Origin: an uncultured Solirubrobacterales bacterium
Lineage (GTDB): Bacteria > Actinomycetota > Thermoleophilia > Solirubrobacterales > 70-9
DNA: 64,000 nt
Direction: 5' to 3'
Assembly: GCA_963843495.1 (NCBI GenBank)
Contig: CAWJJX010000003.1
Span: 430,665-494,664, forward strand
Positions 49,971 to 58,863 of the stretch are shown in pieces. Within the stretch, counting starts at the first letter, position 1, and each line of letters begins with the position of its first letter. Made by a program: the position numbers and the translations under genes. The notes beneath the pieces were generated by a model, which had not been told where the DNA came from, did no database searches, and saw nothing but the letters and a program-made list of their open reading frames with translations.

Positions 49971-50702
49971 TCAGGCCCTGTAGGGCAGGCCGGGCCCGGT
50001 GCGCTGCCACTCGACCTGGCTCACGCCCTCGTGGCGGGAGCGCCCCTCGACGTCGTCCCACTCGTGCAGCATGCGCTTGAGGCGGGTGAGGCCCTCCGGG
50101 TCGAGCGCGGCGACCTCGGCTGCCAGCTCCAGGGTCGCGTCCTCGGTCGCGGCCGCGGGCGCGACCCGGTTGACCAGTCCCAGGCGCAGCGCCTCGTCGA
50201 CCCCAACCGTGCGCGAGGAGAGCAGCAGGTACTTGGCCGTGGCGAGCCCGCAGAGCGTGACTAGGCGGGCCGGCCCGACGGGAACGCCCAGCGCCGCACC
50301 CGGGAAGCGCAGCCGCAGGTTCGAGCCGCCGACGCGCATGTCGCAGGCAATCGCGATCTCCGCTCCGCCGCCGACCACGTCCCCGGCGCACACCGCGATC
50401 GTCGGCTTGGGGAAGGCGACGATCGCGTCGTAGAGGTCGGCGAAGAGCTGCACGCGCCGCACCCGCCCTTCCTCATCGAGCTCCTCCTTGACGTCCGCGC
50501 CAGCGGAGAGCGCCATGTGGTCGCCCGAGCCGATCACCAGCACCCGCATGTTCTCGTCCGCGCGCGCCGCCGCGACGTGCTCGAGCAGCTCGACCAGCAT
50601 CTGGGTGTTGATCGCGTTGCGCGAGGCGGGACGCCGCAGGCGCAGCACCGCGACGCCCTGCCCGTTCAGCTCGTAGGTCGTTACCGCGGCGGGATCGGTC
50701 AC
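49971..50702 (-). CDS. enoyl-CoA hydratase/isomerase (crotonase) family protein
   Basis: 243 aa containing NAINTQM..VIGSGDHMALSAGADV..GGGAEIAIACD. Confidence 0.85.
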   Translation of the reverse strand: MTDPAAVTTYELNGQGVAVLRLRRPASRNAINTQMLVELLEHVAAARADENMRVLVIGSGDHMALSAGADVKEELDEEGRVRRVQLFADLYDAIVAFPKPTIAVCAGDVVGGGAEIAIACDMRVGGSNLRLRFPGAALGVPVGPARLVTLCGLATAKYLLLSSRTVGVDEALRLGLVNRVAPAAATEDATLELAAEVAALDPEGLTRLKRMLHEWDDVEGRSRHEGVSQVEWQRTGPGLPYRA

Positions 50703-51247
50703 GGCGTGGAAACTAGCTCCTCGACGAGGCGCTCGGCCTCCTCGGCGGCGCGCGTCACCAACTCCTCGACCTCCTGTCTGGACTCGCGGAAGCGCCCCAG
50801 AACGTATGAGGCGACGATCTCCGGATCGGTCGAGTCGGGACGGCCGACCCCGACGCGGACGCGCCAGAACTCGGCATCGCCGAAGCCGCGCTTGAGGCTC
50901 TTCAGCCCGTTGTGGCCGGCCAGGCCCCCGCCGAGCCGGGCCCTGACCTCGCCAAAGGGGAGGTCGATCTCGTCGTGGAGGACGACGACGCGCTCCAGCG
51001 GCACCTTGAGCGAGCCGCGCGCCGGCCCGGCTGAGTCGCCGGACACGTTCATCTGGGTCTGCGGCAGCAGGATCGCCACCCGCGGGCCCCCGGGGTTCGC
51101 CCGCCCTTCGCTGATCAGGCCGCCGAAGCGGCGCTTCGCGCGGGGCAGGTCCCAGCGGCGCGAGAGCTCCGCCGCGACCTCGAAGCCGACGTTGTGGCGC
51201 GTGCCCGCGTAGCGCTCACCGGGGTTGCCCAGGCCGACGATCAGAAT
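50699..51247 (-). CDS. pth: peptidyl-tRNA hydrolase; no canonical start codon in frame (candidates ATT 51247 / CTG 51244)
   Basis: In-frame translation gives (R)ILIVGLGNPGERYAGTRHNVGFEV..LPQTQMNVSG..HNGLKS... The frame is open up to the rplY stop (51305-51307), but the first ATG/GTG/TTG is at 51079, well inside the conserved domain. Confidence 0.8.
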   Translation of the reverse strand: MLIVGLGNPGERYAGTRHNVGFEVAAELSRRWDLPRAKRRFGGLISEGRANPGGPRVAILLPQTQMNVSGDSAGPARGSLKVPLERVVVLHDEIDLPFGEVRARLGGGLAGHNGLKSLKRGFGDAEFWRVRVGVGRPDSTDPEIVASYVLGRFRESRQEVEELVTRAAEEAERLVEELVSTP

Positions 51248-51304
51248 ACGGTCGCCGCCCTCGCCCTCGCCGCGATCGGCACAGCGGCGGAAGAGCGACA
51301 GGAG

Positions 51305-51997
51305 CTACTCCCCGCCGGACTCGCCCGAGTCGCCGCCCTCGCCCTCGCCGGCCTCCTCGGCGGCGGGCGCCTCGCCCTCCTCGCCGACCAGCTCGGCTTC
51401 CTCCTCGACGGCGGGCTCGGGCTCTTCCTCGACCCGGGGCGGCGAGAGGGTGGCGATCGTCACCTCGTCGGGCTCGTCGGCGACGAGCTTGACGCCCTCG
51501 GGGACGACCAGGGCCGAGAGCTGCAGGGTGTCGTTGATCTCCATCGCCGAGACGTCGGCGACGATGCGATCGGGAATCTCGGCCGGAAGCGCTTCGACCG
51601 TGACCTCGCGGGTGACGTGCTCAAGCACGCCGCCGCCCTTGACACCGGGGGCGGAATCGCCGCCCTCGAGCTCGACAGCGACCTCGGCCTGGATCGCCTC
51701 GTCGAGCCGCACCTCCTGCAGGTCGATGTGCTGGAGGCTGCCGCGCACGGGATGCAGCTGCTGCTCCTTGACGACGACGGGCACGACTTTGCCCCCCTCG
51801 ATCTCGAGGTCGAAGAGGGCGGCGCCGTCCGCGAGGACCGAGCGCACATCGCGTTCGCTGACCTTGAAGGCGCGGGCCTCCGAGCCGCCGCTGTAGACGA
51901 CGCCGGGGACGAGGCCGTCGCGGCGCAGCCGGCGCGAGGTCCTCGAGCCGAACTCGGTGCGGGGCGCTGCCTTGAGCTTTTCACGGTCGCGGGCCAT
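51305..51997 (-). CDS. rplY: 50S ribosomal protein L25 / general stress protein Ctc
   Basis: 230 aa with an L25/Ctc fold (..RRLRRDGLVPGVVYSGG..) and an acidic E/G-rich tail. Conserved rplY-pth order. Confidence 0.9.
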   Translation of the reverse strand: MARDREKLKAAPRTEFGSRTSRRLRRDGLVPGVVYSGGSEARAFKVSERDVRSVLADGAALFDLEIEGGKVVPVVVKEQQLHPVRGSLQHIDLQEVRLDEAIQAEVAVELEGGDSAPGVKGGGVLEHVTREVTVEALPAEIPDRIVADVSAMEINDTLQLSALVVPEGVKLVADEPDEVTIATLSPPRVEEEPEPAVEEEAELVGEEGEAPAAEEAGEGEGGDSGESGGE

Positions 51998-52050
51998 TCC
52001 GGACGGGAGAGGATAGAGAAACGGCGGCGAACGGAACCTGTGGCAACCTG

Positions 52051-53475
52051 TTGGCCGTGGCTGACGATTCGAAGATCCCGAAGGGACGGGTGCGCCGCTC
52101 GGCCAAGCTGGGCTCGATCGTCGGCGTGCAGGGCGCCCGCTACGCCGGAACCAAGGCGACCAACGTCGCTCGCTCCGAGGAGGAGGGGCGCGAGCGACTC
52201 GAGCAGCGCCATCTCGAGACGGCGATGAAGATGGTCGGCGCGCTCGGCCAGATGAAGGGAGCGGCGATGAAGCTGGGCCAGTTCGCCTCCTTCATCGACA
52301 CCGAGTTCATCCCGGACGAGTACCGCGACATCTACCAGGAGCAGCTGGCGAAGCTGCGCACCGACGCGCCGGCGATGCCATGGGAGAAGGTCGAGAAGGT
52401 GCTGGAGGAAGAGTGGGACGGCGAGCCGATCTCCGAGCTTTTCGCCGAGTTCGAGCGCGAGGCGTTCGCCGCGGCCTCGATCGGCCAGGTGCACCGGGCC
52501 GAGCTGCTCGACGGCCGCGCCGTGGCGGTGAAGATCCAGTACCCGGGGATCGCCGAGGCGCTCGACGCCGACCTGCGCAACGCCGGCACGATCGTCCGCC
52601 TTGCCCGCGCCCTCGCCCCCGGCCTCGACGCCAAGGCGATCGCCAAGGAGCTCCGCGAACGGGTGATGGAGGAGCTCGACTACGAGTACGAGGCGCAGAA
52701 CCAGCGCAGCTTCTCGCGCGCCTACCGCGACCACCCGTTCATCTACGTGCCGGAAGTGATCACGCGCCTCTCGCGACGCCGGGTGCTGGTCACCGAGCTG
52801 GTCGAGGGCCTCGGCTTCGACAAGATCAAGGAGCTGGCGCACGAGGAGCGCAGCCGCTTCGGCGAGATCGTCTTCCGCGGCAGCTTCGGTTCGATCTACC
52901 ACCTGCAGCACTTCAACGCCGACCCCCACCCAGGCAACTACCTGCTGATGGCCGACGGCCGCGTCGCCTTCCTCGACTTCGGCATGACCAAGAAGCTCGA
53001 CCGCGAGCAGATCCTGCTCGAGCAGCGCGCCTTCGACGCCGCCTCCCGCGACGATCCCGAAGCCTTCCGCGAGGCCCTGCATGAGCTGGGCTTCGTCAAG
53101 AACCCGTCGAAGCTCGACGCCGAGCGGCTGCTGGAGCACATGCAAGCCGTCGGCGGCTGGTACGTCGAGGACCGTGAGATCGAGATCAGCCCACGGCGGG
53201 TGATGAAGATCATCGAGTCGACCAACGACCCGCGCTCGGAGTACTTCGACCTGATGCGGAGAGAGTCGATCCCCGCCGACGAGTTGATGGGCCGGCGTAT
53301 GGAAATCGGCGTGGTCGCGGTGCTCGGCCAGCTGCGGGCCAAGCGCAACTGGCACCGGATCATGCGCGAGTGGGTCTACGCCGAGCCTCCCGCGACGGAG
53401 CTTGGCGAGCAGGAGTGGGAGTACTTCGAGGGAAGAGGTGTGGTGCAGGTGCCTGGATTGCCGAGCAACGCCTGA
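52051..53475 (+). CDS. ABC1/UbiB (AarF) atypical kinase family protein
   Basis: 474 aa with ABC1 motifs AAASIGQVHRA..VAVKIQYPG and HFNADPHPGNYLL..DFGM. Confidence 0.85.
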   Translation: MAVADDSKIPKGRVRRSAKLGSIVGVQGARYAGTKATNVARSEEEGRERLEQRHLETAMKMVGALGQMKGAAMKLGQFASFIDTEFIPDEYRDIYQEQLAKLRTDAPAMPWEKVEKVLEEEWDGEPISELFAEFEREAFAAASIGQVHRAELLDGRAVAVKIQYPGIAEALDADLRNAGTIVRLARALAPGLDAKAIAKELRERVMEELDYEYEAQNQRSFSRAYRDHPFIYVPEVITRLSRRRVLVTELVEGLGFDKIKELAHEERSRFGEIVFRGSFGSIYHLQHFNADPHPGNYLLMADGRVAFLDFGMTKKLDREQILLEQRAFDAASRDDPEAFREALHELGFVKNPSKLDAERLLEHMQAVGGWYVEDREIEISPRRVMKIIESTNDPRSEYFDLMRRESIPADELMGRRMEIGVVAVLGQLRAKRNWHRIMREWVYAEPPATELGEQEWEYFEGRGVVQVPGLPSNA

Positions 53476-53488
53476 GAGGGGAGCGCCG

Positions 53489-54346
53489 ATGAGCCGGATT
53501 CGCCGTGGTTGGGAGCTGACGAAGAAGAGCTGGAGGCTGCTTCGGGAGAATCCCGCGCTGTTGCGATTCCCGCTCTATGGCGGCGTGGCGACGATCGTCT
53601 GCGCGATCATCGTCGTCGGCCCGGGCCTCTACCTGATCGAGGACGACCAGGCGGTGTTCGGCGGAGCCGTGGCCGTGATCGGCTTCTACCTGCTCGCCCT
53701 GATCGGCACCTACTTCAGCGTGGGTCTTGCCGCCGCCGCCAACATGATCTTCCAGGGTCGAGAGGCGAGCGTCGGCGACGGACTCGCCGTGGCGCGCACC
53801 CGCCTCTCCCAAATCGCCGGCTGGGCCGCCGTCTCGACCGCGATCGGCCTCGTGCTCAGCGCCCTTGAGAATCAGGGTGCGGCGGGCCAGATCTTCGGCC
53901 GCGTACTCGCCGTCGGCTGGTCGCTGATCACCTTCCTCGCGGTTCCGGTGATCGCGCTGGAGGGCACCGGCCCGTTCGAGACCCTGAAGCGCTCGTCGAG
54001 CCTCTTCAAGTCGCGCTGGGGCGCCCAGGTGACCGGCAACATCGCGATCGGGGGGGCAGTCTTCCTCTTCGGCGTCCTGCCCTCGGCGCTGCTGATCTTC
54101 GCCGGCTTCCTGATCTGGGCCTCGGCTGGCTTCGCCGGCGCCCTGCTGCTCGTCCTCGGCGTGATCGGCCTGGCGATCTCGATGCTCGTCTCCAGCGCGC
54201 TCAGCAACATCTTCGGCGTCGCCCTCTACCGCTTCGCCCTCGACGGCGAGGCGGTCGGCGGCTTCACCCCTGACGAGCTCAACTCAGCCGTCCGCACCCG
54301 CGGCGGCCGCAACGCCCCACCCACCGCCACCCCCGGCACCGTCTAA
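53489..54346 (+). CDS. integral membrane protein, hypothetical
   Basis: Start placed at MSRIRRGWELTKKSWRLL. About 6 TM helices. Confidence 0.65.
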   Translation: MSRIRRGWELTKKSWRLLRENPALLRFPLYGGVATIVCAIIVVGPGLYLIEDDQAVFGGAVAVIGFYLLALIGTYFSVGLAAAANMIFQGREASVGDGLAVARTRLSQIAGWAAVSTAIGLVLSALENQGAAGQIFGRVLAVGWSLITFLAVPVIALEGTGPFETLKRSSSLFKSRWGAQVTGNIAIGGAVFLFGVLPSALLIFAGFLIWASAGFAGALLLVLGVIGLAISMLVSSALSNIFGVALYRFALDGEAVGGFTPDELNSAVRTRGGRNAPPTATPGTV

Positions 54347-54357
54347 CCACCTCGCTC

Positions 54358-54399
54358 CAGTGCGCCTTATCCCCCTATTGCGGGGAAAAAGCGCACTGG
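54358..54399. repeat. GTGCGCCTTATCC palindromic element, copy 1
   Basis: CCAGTGCGC-CTTATCCCCCTATTGCGGGGAAAAA-GCGCACTGG with 9-bp outer stem. Confidence 0.6.
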
Positions 54400-54426
54400 A
54401 AGGGATTCGACGGGGAGAACCTTGCT

Positions 54427-54469
54427 CCCGTGCGCCTTATCCACGCATGACGGGGAAAAGGCGCACGGG
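54427..54469. repeat. GTGCGCCTTATCC palindromic element, copy 2 (overlaps the start of the DUF559 gene)
   Basis: CCCGTGCGCC-TTATCCACGCATGACGGGGAAAA-GGCGCACGGG with 10-bp outer stem. About 45 bp resemble copy 1, which lies 69 bp upstream. Confidence 0.6.
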
Positions 54470-55378
54470 AAAGAGGGAGCACGGGATTGCGGCACTGGCC
54501 GAGACGCAGCACGGGGTCGTTTCGCGGCACCAGCTGCGAGCGCTGGGGCTCCGCGATCGCGCGATAGACGAGCGAATCACCTCGCAGTATCTGCTGCCGC
54601 TCTTCAGGGGCACGTTTGCGGTGGGCCATCGCGCGATCAGCCGGCGGGGACGCATGCTCGCCGCCGTACTGGCCTGCGAGGTGGGAACGGTGCTTTCGCA
54701 CGGGAGCGCCGCAGAGTTGCTCGGTCTCGATGACAAGCAGCTTCCATACATCGAGGTCATTCCTCCGGACTGGTCGGGGCGCAAGATCCCGGGAATACGC
54801 TGGCACCGCGTGCGCCTGCCATTGCCGGACGAGATTGAGATTCGGGACGGCATCCCGTGCACCACTGTGTCGCGCACGATCCTCGACATGGCGGGACGGT
54901 CCGGCTGGGCGCAGCTGCGACGGCTAGTCGAGCAGGCGCGATCTTGCGGCAGCTCGACGCGGACGAGATCGACCTCGTGCTGTCGCGGGGACGCAGGCTG
55001 GGAGCGCCTCGACTTCGCGCGATCCTGGCAGGCTGGCGCGGTACTACGGAGGCCCGTCCACTATTGCGCAGCAGGCTGGAGGCCCGTCTCCTCCCCCGCC
55101 TCCTCGAGGAGGGCCTGCCCGCTCCACGCACCAACGTCAAACTGCGCGTCGACGGGCACGCTCTCGAGGTCGACATGCTCTGGTCCCAGCAGCGACTGGC
55201 AATTGAGACGGACGGTGAAGAGACGCACGGCACGCGGGCCGCCTTTCAGCGTGATCGCTGGCGCGACCAGGTCCTGGTCGCAGCCGGCTACCGCACGGCC
55301 CGCGTCACCTGGGCCCAGGTCAAAGACGAACCGAACGCCGTCGTCAGCCGCATCGCTCGCATGCTCAAATCCAGTTAG
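54447..55378 (+). pseudogene. AbiEi-like N-terminal domain / DUF559 (Vsr-like endonuclease fold) protein, 1-nt frameshift near 54936-54941
   Basis: MTGKRR..QHGVVSRHQLRALGL..VLSHGSAAELLGL.. up to ..LRRLVEQA. It then continues in another frame as AILRQLDADEIDLVL..VDMLWSQQRLAIETDGEETHG..DRWRDQVLVAAGYRTARVTW (DUF559 core). Confidence 0.75.
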
Positions 55379-55388
55379 AGACCGGCTT

Positions 55389-55431
55389 CCGGTGCGCCTT
55401 ATCCACGCTATCCGTGGATAAGGCGCACCGG
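55389..55431. repeat. GTGCGCCTTATCC palindromic element, copy 3: perfect 19-bp stem with 5-nt loop, likely bidirectional terminator
   Basis: CCGGTGCGCCTTATCCACG-ctatc-CGTGGATAAGGCGCACCGG, sited between convergent genes. Confidence 0.75.
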
Positions 55432-55443
55432 AGCGGAGGGGGG

Positions 55444-56181
55444 CTAGGGGAGCTGGGCGAAGAGGCGGGGGTCGTTGGAGCAGAGCCCGGTGACGCCTGC
55501 GGCGAGGAGCTTCTTCATGCGGGGGAGGTCGTCGACGGTCCAGGCGATCAGCTCGACATCGGCGAGCTCGGTGATGCTAGCCAGGCGGCGGCTGATCAGC
55601 GGGTGGTAGACCCACATCGCCTCGACCCCGAGCTTCGGCAGCTGCTGGGCGGCCATGCCGGGGAGGCGCTGGCGCATCGCCACCAGCGCCATCAGCATCG
55701 GGGCCTTCGCCCAGCGCTTCGAGACCCAGTCCTTGGTCACCTTCGGGTAGGTCCAGCCGCGGCGCAGGCCCGGTTCGAGCTCCCGCACCCGCGCCAAGGT
55801 GGAGAGCTCCATCGTGGAGATCATCGACCGGTCGATCAGATCGCGCTCGCGCAGGGCGTTGACGATCTCTTCGTCGCGGCCGGGCAACTTGACGTCGACG
55901 TCGATTTCGACCCGGTCGAGCGGCGGCTCGAGAAAGGCGTCGAGCGCCTGCTCGAGGGTCAGCGGCTGTCGCCGCTCCGCGTCTTTCCAGTCGTGGGCGA
56001 CGATGAGCGGGGTGCGCTCGGCCGCGGCGATCCGCGGATGTCCGTCCCGCGTCCACAGAACGTCGAGCTCGATCGTGTCAACGTCAGCCTCGACCGCGGC
56101 GCGAAAGCTCTCGATCGTGTTGCCGGGGGCGATCAGGTCGGCGCCCTTGTGGCCGACCAGCCGCAAACCGTTTGGCGTCAA
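55444..56181 (-). CDS. glycerophosphodiester phosphodiesterase family protein
   Basis: TTG start 56181 overlaps the prs stop (TTGA). Motifs LVGHKGA..NTIESF..DTIELDV are typical of the GDPD domain. Confidence 0.75.
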   Translation of the reverse strand: MTPNGLRLVGHKGADLIAPGNTIESFRAAVEADVDTIELDVLWTRDGHPRIAAAERTPLIVAHDWKDAERRQPLTLEQALDAFLEPPLDRVEIDVDVKLPGRDEEIVNALRERDLIDRSMISTMELSTLARVRELEPGLRRGWTYPKVTKDWVSKRWAKAPMLMALVAMRQRLPGMAAQQLPKLGVEAMWVYHPLISRRLASITELADVELIAWTVDDLPRMKKLLAAGVTGLCSNDPRLFAQLP

Positions 56182-57221
56182 AAGAGCTGGTTCTCGCCGG
56201 CGAAGATCTCGGAGACCGAGTCGTCGGTGAAGATGCGGCGGATCGAGTCGGCGAAGGTGCCGGCGGTGGAGAGCACCGTGATGTTGTCCGGCGCGCCCGG
56301 CCGCAGCGGGATCGTGTCGGAGACGACGATCTTCTCGATGCCAGAGCTCTCGTAGGCGAGCCGCTCGTAGGCGGGACCGGAGAAGACGCCGTGGGTGGCG
56401 CAGGCGATCACCCGCGCCGCGCCCTCGTCTTTGACCGTCTGCGCCGCCGCGCAGAGCGTACCGGCGGTGTCGATCATGTCGTCGACCAGGACCGCGGTCT
56501 TGCCCTTGACGTCGCCGACCACGTAGCCGATCTCGGCCACCTGCTGGGCGGGACGCTCCTTCTCCATCACCGCCCAGTGGGTGCCGATGCGGCGGGCGAA
56601 GTTGCGTGCCGTCTTCACCCGACCGGCATCGGGGGAGACGATCACGAGGTCCTCGGCCGGGTACTGGTCGGCGAACCACTGGGTCAGCATCGGCATCGCC
56701 GTCATGTGATCGACAGGGACGTGGAAGAAGCCCTGCACCTGGCCGGCGTGCAGGTCCATCGTGAGGACGCGATCGACCCCCACCCCCTCCAGGCACTTGG
56801 CAACGATGCGGGCGGAGATCGGCTCGCGCGGCGCCGACTTCTTGTCCTGGCGGGCGTAGCCGTACCAGGGCATGACGGCGATGATCCGGTGAGCGGAAGC
56901 GCCCTGAGCCGCGTCGATCATCGTCAGCAGCTCGATCAGGGCGTCGTTCGGCGTCATGTCGGAGTGTTCGTTGGCGCAGGTCGACTGCACGAGGAAGACG
57001 TCGGCGCCCCGGATCGACTCCTCGTAGCGGCAGTAGACCTCGCCGTTGGCGAAGGTCTTCAGCGTCACCTGGCCGAGGTCGAGGTCGAGCTTGCCGGCGA
57101 CCTTGGCGGCCAGCTCCATCGAGCTGCGGCCGCCGAAGACCATCAGCCGCTTCGAGTAGTCGTGGGGTATGGCGGTCGCCGCCGCCGATGTGGCCTGCGG
57201 GCGCTCCTCGATCGTGCTCAC
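56178..57221 (-). CDS. prs: ribose-phosphate diphosphokinase (PRPP synthetase)
   Basis: 347 aa containing ..VFGGRSSMELA..DLHAGQVQGFF..VLVDDMIDTAGT... Confidence 0.95.
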   Translation of the reverse strand: MSTIEERPQATSAAATAIPHDYSKRLMVFGGRSSMELAAKVAGKLDLDLGQVTLKTFANGEVYCRYEESIRGADVFLVQSTCANEHSDMTPNDALIELLTMIDAAQGASAHRIIAVMPWYGYARQDKKSAPREPISARIVAKCLEGVGVDRVLTMDLHAGQVQGFFHVPVDHMTAMPMLTQWFADQYPAEDLVIVSPDAGRVKTARNFARRIGTHWAVMEKERPAQQVAEIGYVVGDVKGKTAVLVDDMIDTAGTLCAAAQTVKDEGAARVIACATHGVFSGPAYERLAYESSGIEKIVVSDTIPLRPGAPDNITVLSTAGTFADSIRRIFTDDSVSEIFAGENQLF

Positions 57222-57228
57222 GGGTCTG

Positions 57229-58620
57229 CTACTCCTCTTGCGTCTCCGCCGCCTTGCGGTCGGCGTAGCCCTCGATGTTCCGTTGCTGGTTCTCGCTCAC
57301 CGCGAGCGCGCCCTCCGGCACGTCGCTCTTGATCACTGCTCCAGCGCCAGTGTAGGCACCGTCGCCGACTTCTACCGGCGCGATCAGCATCGTGTCAACG
57401 CCGATTCGCACGTTGCGACCGATCGCAGTCCGGTTCTTGCGGAAACCGTCGTAGTTGGCGGTGATCGTGCCGGCGCCGAGGTTGCTGCCATCCCCTATGT
57501 CAGCGTCGCCGACGTAGGCGAGGTGGGGCACCTTGGCACCCTCGCCGATGCGCGAGTTCTTGACCTCGACGAAGGCGCCGGCCTTGGCTCCCGATGCGAG
57601 CGACGCCTCCGGGCGCAGGTAGGCGAAGGGCCCGACGTTCGCACCATCGCCGACCTCGCACTCAACCAGGTAGGAGTGCGGCACGGAGACGTCCTCGCCG
57701 AGCCTGGCGTCGATCAGCGTGCTCAGTGGGCCTACGGTGGAGCGGGCGCCTATCTCCGTGCGCCCCTGCAAGCTGGTGCCGGGCTCGATCCGCGCGTCGG
57801 CGGCAATCTCGACGTCGGCGTCGATCCAGGTCGAGGCGGGATCGACCACGGTCACCCCGGCGAGCATGTGAGCGGCGAGGATGCGGCGGCGGGCAATGGC
57901 CTCCACCGCGGCCAGGTCGGCGCGGTTGTTGACGCCCATCGTCACCGCGAGATCCTCAGAGAGGTGGGCGGCGACCGCATGCCCGGCCTCGCGCAGAGCA
58001 GGGACGACATCGGGCAGGTAGTACTCGCCCTGCGCATTCTCGTTGGAGAGCCGTGCGAGGGCGTCAGCCAACGGTGCCGCGTCGAAGACATAGGTGCCGG
58101 CGTTGATCTCGCGGATCTCGAGCTGGGCGGCGTCGGCGTCGCCGGCCTCCTTGGTCTCGACGATGCGCTCGACCTCGCCGGAGGCATTGCGGACGACGCG
58201 ACCATAGGAGCCGGGGTCATCGAGCTCGATCGTCAGCAACGTGGCAGCCGCGCCGGCCTGCGCGTGGGCGTCGAACAGGCCGGTGATGTTCTCGGCTGTG
58301 ATCAACGGGTGATCGCCGGAGAGGACGAGAACGGTCTCGGCTTCTTCGATCAGCGGCAGAGCCGCGCGCACCGCCCCACCGGTGCCGTCGGAAGCGGGCT
58401 GCTCAATGATCCTGACCTTGTCGGGAAGGCCCGCGACGATGTCTTGGCTGGGTGAGGTGATCGCCACGACGTTCCACTCGCCCTCCGTCGTCTCTCGGGC
58501 AGCGAGGATCGGCCAGGCGACCATCGGGCGCCCACAGAGGGGGTGCAGCATCTTCGGCGTCGTCGAGCGCATTCGGGTGCCCTCGCCGGCAGCCATGACC
58601 AGCACTAGGGGAGACTCCAC
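57229..58620 (-). CDS. glmU: bifunctional UDP-N-acetylglucosamine diphosphorylase / glucosamine-1-phosphate N-acetyltransferase
   Basis: LVMAAGEGTRMRS nucleotidyltransferase motif and a C-terminal left-handed beta-helix of hexapeptide repeats. GTG start at 58620. Confidence 0.93.
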   Translation of the reverse strand: MESPLVLVMAAGEGTRMRSTTPKMLHPLCGRPMVAWPILAARETTEGEWNVVAITSPSQDIVAGLPDKVRIIEQPASDGTGGAVRAALPLIEEAETVLVLSGDHPLITAENITGLFDAHAQAGAAATLLTIELDDPGSYGRVVRNASGEVERIVETKEAGDADAAQLEIREINAGTYVFDAAPLADALARLSNENAQGEYYLPDVVPALREAGHAVAAHLSEDLAVTMGVNNRADLAAVEAIARRRILAAHMLAGVTVVDPASTWIDADVEIAADARIEPGTSLQGRTEIGARSTVGPLSTLIDARLGEDVSVPHSYLVECEVGDGANVGPFAYLRPEASLASGAKAGAFVEVKNSRIGEGAKVPHLAYVGDADIGDGSNLGAGTITANYDGFRKNRTAIGRNVRIGVDTMLIAPVEVGDGAYTGAGAVIKSDVPEGALAVSENQQRNIEGYADRKAAETQEE

Positions 58621-58634
58621 TCGTAGATCGTAAT

Positions 58635-58761
58635 GGGGGCGGGGGTGGGGTGGGGCACCCTTCCGCTCGCTGGGTTTTCGCCGTCAGCGGGTAGATCTCT
58701 CGATAAGAACTAGGGCGAAAAGAGGACGCCGCTCGCTGCAGGTGTCCCACCCCACCCCACC
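58635..58761. promoter_or_regulatory. glmU leader region: G-run block (58635-58655) and complementary C-run block (58746-58761) forming a long imperfect hairpin / G-quadruplex-prone motif
   Basis: GGGGGCGGGGGTGGGGTGGGG versus CCCACCCCACCCCACC about 90 nt apart, with inner pairing GTTTTCGCC / GGCGAAAAG. Confidence 0.4.
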
Positions 58762-58863
58762 ACCGTCAGCCCAGGCCGTACCAGGGGTCCGCTGGCCGGA
58801 GCCGCCAGCACCTCATCGACAAGCCAGCGCTGGCGAGCTGGCTTCTCGGTCAGCTGGCGAGGG

